Positions 55,411-64,000 of a stretch of 64,000 nt of DNA are shown here, piece by piece. Positions within the stretch are counted from its first letter, which is position 1. Every line of letters starts with the position of its first letter. Below the pieces are notes generated by a model. It had not been told where the DNA came from. It saw only the letters and a list, made by a program, of their open reading frames with translations, and did no database searches. The DNA comes from Podarcis muralis (Eukaryota). The stretch covers positions 120,714,001 to 120,778,000 of the forward strand of contig NC_135656.1 of assembly GCF_964188315.1 (NCBI RefSeq). Reading direction: 5' to 3'. Both the position numbers and the translations under genes were made by a program.

Positions 55411-56634
55411 TTGTATATAATTTGATAAAGATGAGACAGAGAGTTCTCTGCTGTTTACAATCCAGGGGTATATAAGATTTCTGAAATAAAGTTTCCTGCA
55501 ATGCAGGAATCAGAACGCGATCCTTTGCAGCCCTTTCAACTCTGCAGTTCTGTAATTCTGTGTGATATATATATATAAGACATTGCATATATAAATTGCA
55601 ATTTCAGCTGAATTTGCGGGAACCACTTGAAGCATCCCTTGTGTTGAGCCATTTCCATTGCATTTGTTTATTTCCTCGTTGCAAACAGCTGAAAGTCTGT
55701 AAATGTTGATAATCAACTTGATTTTCAGTGGGTGGTTGAATAATTATAATTGCTACTGTAGATACATGCATATAGATTACATAGGTTTTGCCAGCCTTGG
55801 CTTCTTTCCTCTCCACCCCACCCCTTTTACATTTGCAAATGAAGCCCATCAAGCCAGGTAATTGCCCAGGGCATTCCCCATTGATAAGCAGATGAAGGTG
55901 AGGCTGGTGACCTACTTTTCTGCCCTCAAAGTCAAAGACTTGTTGCCATCCAGACCCCCAGGGGTCAGGTTAGTGATTAATTGGATTAGTTCAGTTTCAC
56001 AGCCATAGCCTCACAGCTTTTGCCAACCTGGGATGTCCTTTTAAGTTTACAGATAGGTAGCCGTGTTGGTCTGCCATAGTCAAAACAAAAAAATATTCCT
56101 TCCAGTAGCTCCTACTGGAAGGAATATTTTTTTCTTTTAAGTTTAGTCAGGAGTGTGTCTGGATATAACTGAAGATTCTTTCTACCCTCTGCAAGGCAGG
56201 GTGTGTTTGAAGTTTCAACACTCCAGGTGCTACAGGTCATAAGAAGATTATTTTATTCTTCTTGTAAACCACTCTGTGAGGTTTTTGTGTCGGACAAGCA
56301 GTATCTAAATTGAGAATTTGAGAATTTGAGAGATGAATCATTTTACCATTTCTGGGGCTTACAGACTGCCTTTTATACATCAGTGTAGAGGTATACAAAT
56401 TAAAAATTGAAATGAAATATTTCCTTTTAGTTTTGTAAAGGAATGTTAACAGAGAATATTTATTCAACACACACATTAAATAAACAAGGGCATTTTTCAC
56501 TGACCTGGCTGCATTTGGAAATATTTAATATAGAGGTCAATTTCATGTAGGTGCATATATGGGCATCTTAGAGGGCTTGTATTTATGCTTACTGTATCCA
56601 TAATGTGAACTGATGGTGACATTCCATTATTCAT

Positions 56635-56684
<50 letters not shown>

Positions 56685-57801
56685 TCTTTGTGGAATTTGC
56701 AATTATTTATTTTTCATGCAAATAAATCACCTTCCTGAGAAATTGTATGAACAGAGGCAATAAATATACAAACAAACATCAGAAGCACAAACACACATAA
56801 GAAGGTAGGAAGAATCATAGAATTGTAGAGTTGGAAGAGACCCCAGGGGGTCATCTAGTCCAACCCCCTGAAATGCAGGAATGCCTGCTGGATCAGGCCA
56901 GTGGCCCATCTAGTTTTCACGGTGGAAGCCCACAACCAGGAACTAAGTTTGTTTGTCATTGGCATCCGTCTAACTCGAAAGACAATGGAGTGCGCTTGCA
57001 GGGGTGAAGTCAAACGGCTGCAATAGCAGCACGGAAGTGACCTCCCAAAGCAGCATCTGTGCACACGCGGGTTGATTTCGGTGCTTCTGTGCATGCGCAA
57101 AGTGCAATTTAGCGCTTCTGCGCATGTACAACCGCCGAAACCCGGAAGTCACCTGTTCCGGTACTTCCAGGTTCCGGTGGTCTGCAACCCGAAAAAACGC
57201 AACCTGAAGCGGCTGTAACCCGAGGTATGACTATAATAACAATATGATTCTAAGGTTTGTCCACTGTGTGAGCTATTTTATGCTTAGTGACAGAGTCACT
57301 GTGCCTGAAGCTTCTGACTTAAACTTCAGCTTAGTTGGTAGAGCTCCAGGCGTCAGCAAACTTTTTCAGCAGGGGGCCTGTCCCTCAGACCTTGTGGGGG
57401 GCCGGACTATATTTTGGAAAAAGAATATGAATGAATTCCTATGCCCCACAAATAACCCAGAGATGCATTTTAAATAAAAGCACACATTCTACTCATGTAA
57501 AAACACGCTGATTCCCAGGCCAGATTTAGAAGGCGATGGGGCCTGATCCAGCCCCCGGGCCTTAGTTTGCCTGCCCAGGCTCTAGACTCTTAATCTCAGG
57601 GTTTTGGGTTCAAGCTCCATCTTGGGCAAAAGATTCCTGCATTGCAGTGGGTTGGACTAGATGACCCTAATGGTCCCTTCCAACTCTGCAATTCTTAGTA
57701 AGAGCAGTTCAACAGCGGACTACCTGGGTACGTTGTGGATTGCTTCCATGGAGATTTACAAGCAGAGGCTGAATGGCCCTCTGTCATGGATGCTTCAGCT
57801 G

Positions 57802-58144
57802 TAAAGGTAAAGGGTAAAGGGACCCCTGACCGTTAGGTCCAGTCGTGACCGGCTCTGGGGTTGCGGCGCTCATCTCGCTTTACTGGCCGAGGGAGCTGGC
57901 GTACAGCTTCTGGGTCATGTGGCCAGCATGACTAAGCCGCTTCTGGCGAACCAGAGCAGCGCACGGAAACGCCGTTTACCTTCCTGCCGGAGCGGTACCT
58001 ATTTATCTACTTGCACTTTGACGTGCTTTCGAACTGCTAGGTTGGCAGGAGCAGGGACCAAGCAATGGGAGCTCACCCCGTCGCGGGGATTCAAACTGCC
58101 GACCTTCTGATCGGCAAGCCCTAGGCTCTGTGGTTTTTAGACCA
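57802..58144 (-). mobile_element. Sauria SINE, unit 4
   Basis: Orthologous position; cagctg duplication. Confidence 0.9.
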
Positions 58145-60056
58145 CAGCTGAGATTCCTACATTGCAGTGGGTTGGACTAGATGACCCTTGGTGACCCCTT
58201 AGAACTCTATGATTCTATGATTGAAAGAGCCAGGGGGTAGTGCAGGACCTGGGTTCAAATCCTCACTCTCAGCCCTACCTACTTCACAGGGTTGTTGTTG
58301 GTGATTAAATGTGAAAAGCCCTGCATGCCAACTTTTTTGCTTCTTGGTGGAAAAGGCAGGAAATAAATAAAATAAAATAAAATAAAATAAAATAAAATAA
58401 AATAAAATAAAATAAAATAAAATAAAGACAGACCCCCCCCCCAAGTGCGGTCTGCAAATGGTACCTGAGCCCAACATCCCTCTCCCCATCTGCAATTCCT
58501 GGCAACTGACATTCACAGAATCATCGGGTTGCAGCGTTGGAACCAAAGGCTCATCTAATTCACCCCCCTACAAGAAGCTCCTTGGATGGGGGAAAAAAAG
58601 AGAAGTGAATTAGATAAATGCAATAAACAAACAGTGCCCATATTTTTCAAATAGCGTGCTCGGGATCTGAAAACCAGCCTGGGGCGTTAAACTCTCTCAA
58701 GTCTCCCGCTTTGATCCGAACAAGGTCAAAGCTCCCCATTCCGTGGTTGGGTGGGGGTAGGAGAGGGGGCGACGACTTGGGAGGTCGCCACGCCTCCTGC
58801 CCTGCAACGACCCCACCCTTCTTTTCGGCAGCCGTGACTATTTATACCCTTAGTTTGCAAAGCTTTCTCACACGCGTTTGCGGGGTCGAGGAGAGGTCGC
58901 TGACTTTTCTTCTCTGGGGAACGTGCGGATTACTGTACTGGAAATCATCTTTCGTCCGGCTTCCAGCAGCGCCCCTTTGGCTACAGAGAGTAGGATCGTC
59001 TGCCTAAAACCCTGAGGTTGGTTCCTTTTTACAATTGCTATGAAGTCTTTTTTTCCTTCAAATTGCCCACGTAGCCAGATTTAGCTTAAACCGCTCGGTT
59101 GTGCTGGGTTTAAGCGAGACATGGCTGCAGCGGCGATTTGAAAAACACAATTGCGCACTGTAAACACGTTAACGCATTGGCAGGATTTTAAGAACACTTG
59201 TAATTTTAGTAATAACAAATTTAGTTGGAATCTAAGGTGCTGCTACTGGAAGGATTTTTTTAATTATTATTTTGCTTCGACTACGGCAGACCAACACGGC
59301 TACCTACCTGTAACTTGTAATTTTAGGGACACTATAGAAAATCTGAAGGAAAAATAAGATATGCAGTAGAAAAAAATATGGTAAAGGAACCAGGAGAGGG
59401 GGGGAGGAAAGTCACGGGATTCAGGGAATCCCGGGGGGGCGAGCGGTTTAATATTGCTTTAGTATATTTTTGTATTTTTCATTTTTGTTACTGTGTGTTT
59501 TTATTCTGTATAAAACCTAGTAAAATGCTATATATTTTCGCATTACGAAAGGCAGTCCAAAACATCCAGAAGGCAAGCCGATGCAGTTATTTGAAATTAT
59601 GTTCTGCAAATAACAGCATCGGCTTGCCCTTTCGATGACTGCGACTACCTTTCGTAATGCGAAACCTCCAGAGGTCTGGCAACTTGGCGTGCGCTCCCGT
59701 TGAAGCAGGGATTTGCTCCGGGGAAAAGCGGAGTGTGTGTGGCTCTGTCCCAATTGATAGATCCGATCTTTAAAAATCAAATAGAGATGGGAGTAGCGGG
59801 ATTGGGGGCCTGGACAGAGAGGGGAGTTTTCTGAAAACTTTTGCCGGCAACCAGAAACTCTTTTCTCTCTCTCCCGACACCGCCGTCGCCAAAAAGGGAT
59901 GTTTGGCACGTTGGGGAACCAGGGGCGGACTGCATTGCAAGAAGGGTCAGTGGCGCAGCATATGCCGTCGCTGCCCAGGGCAGGCGCGTTCCCAAGGGGC
60001 GCGGGGGGCGCGCTCCGAGGGGCGCGGAGAGTGCGCTCCCAGGCGCGGGATAGCCG

Positions 60057-60471
60057 CGCGCGCGCACCCACCGATCCGGCTTCCTTCCCGCTCTCTCCCT
60101 TGCTTGCTTGCTTGCCTGCCTCCTCCAGCTCTGAGCGCGGGGCAATTGCGCACCGCCTGCCCGTGACTCACGCGGCTACAGTTCAGGGGAAGGCGAGAGC
60201 TGCTGCTGCTGCGCGCTCCCGGCTGGGGAAGGCAGGCAAGCAAGCAGGACGGGAAGGAGACGCGCGCGCACCCATCAATCCGGCTTCCTTCCCGCTCTCT
60301 CCCCTCCTTGCTTGCCTGCCTCCTCCAGCCCTGAGCGCGGGGCAATTGCGCACCGCCTGCCCGTGACTCCCGCGCCTACAGTCAGGGGAAGGCGAGAGCT
60401 GTTGCTGCTGCGCGCTCCCGGCTGGAGAAGGCAGGCAAGCAAGCAAGCAGGGGAGAGGACGGGAAGGAGAC
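60057..60471. repeat. GC-rich VNTR, 2 x ~204 bp
   Basis: Recurs at 60060 and 60264. Confidence 0.95.
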
Positions 60472-63400
60472 GGGCAAAGCGGCACAGCAGCAAGAAGCTG
60501 TAAAAATGTGTGTTTGGAAAGCGGGGAGGCGAAAGCCCTGGGGAAAAATTTGTCTGCACTCATGGGCTTATTCAGGATTTTTGTTTGCTATGCGTTTTTC
60601 TTGCTTGTTGTTCGGGCAGCTGCCCCCCCCCCCCCCCCCCCGCCGGCTGCGCCCATGCATGCAAATGCAACAGATTGTGAGGTTGAAAAGGAAACGCTTC
60701 AGGGAAACCTCTGCACAACGACAGCCCTCGGCCCCCCCTCGCTCATGCACGCGACCTATCTAGGCTCCGTTTCTTGCTCTTTGAAATCTTAAGACGTGGG
60801 TAGGCAAACTTAAGGCCCAATTGCCTTCTAAATGCGGCCCGCGGACGGTCCCGGAATCGGCGTATTTTTGCATGAGTAGAATGTGCAGTTTTATTTAAAA
60901 TGCATCTCTGGGTTATTTGTGGGGCATAGGAATTCGTTCATTCCCTCCCCCCCCCCAAATATAGTCTCCCCCCCCAGGGTCTGAGGGACAGTGGACCGGT
61001 CCCCTGCTGTTCTGCCCTTGATGTTCTGCCCTTGAACCCGGAGAAACCCCTTTTGCATCCCGTTGGGAGAAAACTGAATGGGCAACTTTCAATTAGAAGC
61101 AGGGGAGATCTTTGCTCCCACCTCCCTTTAGAGCTATTTCATAGTCAACTCCCCCTCCATCAAAGGCATGAACCCTTCTCATGATACTATATTCCCATCC
61201 TGACTTTTAAACATGCCAGTGTCCATTTTTATTACTCCAGTTTGTATCCAACTAAGAACAAGTAGTTCATAGCTTTCTTAATTTCTGCAGGTCTCCTCTG
61301 AGTAAACCTGCTGAAATTAAGAAACCTATGAACTTCTGTGGGGCCTACTCTGAGTAGGACTAGCATTGGGCACAACGCCATATTTTTACGTTAGTTGCAA
61401 ATTGCTTTGGCACTATTATTATTTATTGTGTAATGGGAGGTTATGTGTGACTGTGTGTGCAAGTGTAAACACAAAATATGTACACAGCTCGAGTGTGTAA
61501 AACAAACAAATTTGTAGTGGTACCTTGGTTTACAACCATAATCTGTTCCGGAGATCTGTTTGTAAACCAAAACAGGTTGTAACCCAAGGCATGCTTTCGC
61601 CAATGGGGCCTCCAAATTTTTTCTCTCGTAATAATAAAAAAAGGGTTGTAATCCAAAAAAAGGTTGCAAACTGGGACACGCACTTCGGGGTTTGACGTGT
61701 TTGTAATCCAAAACGTATGCAAACCAGACTGTTTGCAAACCCAGGTACCACTGTAGTTAAAAGCAAATATTGAAAACATTCAGAGGATTAAAATCCAGGG
61801 CAGTTAGTAAGAAAGGAAACACTTCTACATGTCAGTATTACATGGTGTGTTACAGAAATTAATGGAAAATTTCTAAAAATTTGTTCCCCCCCCCCCCCCC
61901 CCGCTAAATGCATTACACATAAAGTTAAGGGAGAAAAAGAGATGTTCAACAAATGGTTTTCCTCTGAGGTAAAGTTAAATTAGCTCTAGAAATGTACTGC
62001 AAAAAAACCAGTCATTTTTATCTTTCTTTATTAAAAAAATAAATGTCTGGATAGGCTTGCCTAAACAAAAATGTTTTAAGTGGGTGCTGAGAATAATACA
62101 GCGAGGATGCCTGTTTGGTGTCAATAGACAGGCAGTTCCAAAGTTTAGGTGTTACCACACACTGCATCAATTTAGCACCTCTTTTTGCTCACCTGTATTT
62201 AAATTGTTCTATGTATATTTTTGGGAGGGGCCATTGGTCAGTCTCATCTGGGGTGCAGTTGTCTGGGGTTGCAGGGGGGCGAGTGGGTGGTAGACCCATT
62301 ACGTTTTGGGGAGCAGGGTCCCTAAGACAGCATCCCAGGAGCCCCAAAAGCATATTCTGCCTCACCACTGCAAAGTGCTGGTGCTATTTGCCCTCTTAGT
62401 AGCTAAATAGGTGCTTATATGCAGACTCACTGCAAAACATGCTCTGGAGCTTCATTAACTGCAAACCCTGAAATTTGGGGGCCCCTCCAAACTGGTGCCA
62501 AAGTTTTGCAATCCTTTCGCACTGCCCCTGAACCGTGTAATTGACTAGCCCCTGGTACATAGTAATACACCAAACTGGGATCGCTAGAACAGGCATAGGC
62601 AAACTCGGCCCTCCAGATGTTTTGGACATCGGTTTTATTTGGTTAGATTATAGCCATCATCCCTGACCACTGGTCCTGCTAACTAGGGATCATGGGAGTT
62701 ATAAGTTCTGTGTTTTTAAAAAATGTTCTTTTTTCACATCCAGACATTTAATAATGTTACGCCATTCTAAATTTCAATCACACCACAGTTGCCTGTTCTG
62801 TAATGTGAAAGGAAGGTTAGAAATGTAGATCCTGCCTTGTTTAGTGTTGTAGCACCTACTCTACTTGCCTTCTGATCAAGCGCTTTTACGGCTTAGAAGT
62901 TGAGGGAATTTTAATAAGTTTTAGTTTTTTCAAAAAAACGTTTCAAAATACAATGGGGTTCCCTCCCTTGATGTTACAGTATTATCTTTTTTAAATTGAT
63001 TTGAGGCTTTTAAAAAGCACACACAAAAAACCCAAGCGGTATAGAAATTCTATGAAATAAATTAATGCTATATTTCCAATAGTTTCTGAAACAGTGCCAT
63101 GACCACACATGTTTCCTATTTCTGATGTGAGGCTTTTGCTTGTGGAAGAAAGTGCAGCAACAGGAAAAATTTGTGGGGGGGGCACATGGTTTGGAGAAGA
63201 GTAAGTGACAAACTTGCAGAGAATAAAATCAACTTTTCTGCAAATCATCTGCACCTTGTTGTGAGTTGCAATCACTATGAGGTCCAAAAGACCTTGGGGA
63301 TCAGTACAGAACCTGCAGGTTCTGACTTGGGAAATAAGGAGCTTCCAGCAACTTGGATGAATCCAAAAACTACAGTGCACATTTAAGCTCATACAAATTG

Positions 63401-63528
63401 CCTTCCATTAAATTTCAATGGGTGCTTCTATTGAAAAGCAGTGATTGATTGATTTCTCTCTCTCTTTCTCTCCCTCCAGAAAAAACTAGACTCTGCTGGA
63501 TTGCTTCACAGTGACTGCCTCTTGCAGA

Positions 63529-64000
63529 ATGGGCAACCTGCAGAATAAGATGGAGAGGACAAACGAAAGGAACTGGTTGGGACCACAGTTCAGCATGAAA
63601 GAGGCATGGAGTGGTTCCCAAAACCCTATGGAAGAATCTCCACTGGAGCCTTCCCAAGAGGATGATAAGAATTTCGTCCTGGCATTGGAGAGCAGCATGG
63701 AAGAAGAGAAGGAACCGTCCAGTTCTGACGTGCTGAACTTGCCGCTTCCAGCGCAAGCAGAAGCACATTGTGGCCAGGTTCCCCTGAACAGCACCCCAGG
63801 CGAGGTCCCAAAGCTGCGTAGAAGCAGGCGCCTCCTAAGACAGTCCTCCTCCACGTCGCTTGAGCCAGAGGACACCACCACTATGGAGCCACCAGCAAAA
63901 AGGCAGAGGATCTCTTTCGTGTGGAGATACTTCACGACAACAAGCAAATTTGTGGTCCAGTGCCGTGTCTGCCATAGGGCCGTTCGCCTTGGGAGGCCTG
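63529..64000 (+). CDS. Copy 4 coding exon 1, 5' part (runs off the window inside BED1)
   Basis: Acceptor ccctccag/63480, ATG at 63529 ([10 protein letters not shown]...), open to the window end. Confidence 0.9.
   Translation, partial: MGNLQNKMERTNERNWLGPQFSMKEAWSGSQNPMEESPLEPSQEDDKNFVLALESSMEEEKEPSSSDVLNLPLPAQAEAHCGQVPLNSTPGEVPKLRRSRRLLRQSSSTSLEPEDTTTMEPPAKRQRISFVWRYFTTTSKFVVQCRVCHRAVRLGRP

Larger units (their letters stand above)
54683..64000 (+). repeat. Segmental duplication unit 4 (partial)
   Basis: Colinear with the first ~10.4 kb of unit 1; runs off the window inside coding exon 1. Confidence 0.97.

Overview
Vertebrate genomic DNA from a squamate reptile, probably a lacertid lizard (judged from the Sauria SINE variant, BovB and lizard-type MITEs). 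The window is about 3.5 copies of a head-to-tail ~18.2-kb segmental duplication (homologous points at 1, 18222, 36522, 54683). Each unit carries a + strand gene with six coding exons and an unusual domain order: BED finger, degenerate BED finger, SCAN, KRAB-A, KRAB-B, then 4 intact plus 1 degenerate C2H2 fingers. Copy 1 (9986-15937, 872 aa) is intact. Copy 2 (27090-34231, 877 aa) is intact but has W>R in KRAB-A. Copy 3 (45627-51457) has a +1 frameshift after SCAN, predicting a BED-BED-SCAN-only protein. Copy 4 starts at 63529 and runs off the window. Each unit has an upstream CpG island with a ~200-bp VNTR (3/2/3/2 monomers), and each complete unit has a textbook CTCF site near its 3' end. There are many shared and copy-specific transposon insertions (hAT, Tc1/mariner, L1, L2, BovB, SINEs, Penelope with a hammerhead motif). 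Diagnostic indels give conflicting trees along the unit, indicating gene conversion or unequal exchange. There is one assembly gap (40216-40352). Exon structures were inferred by hand from splice signals and frame; no transcript evidence is available.
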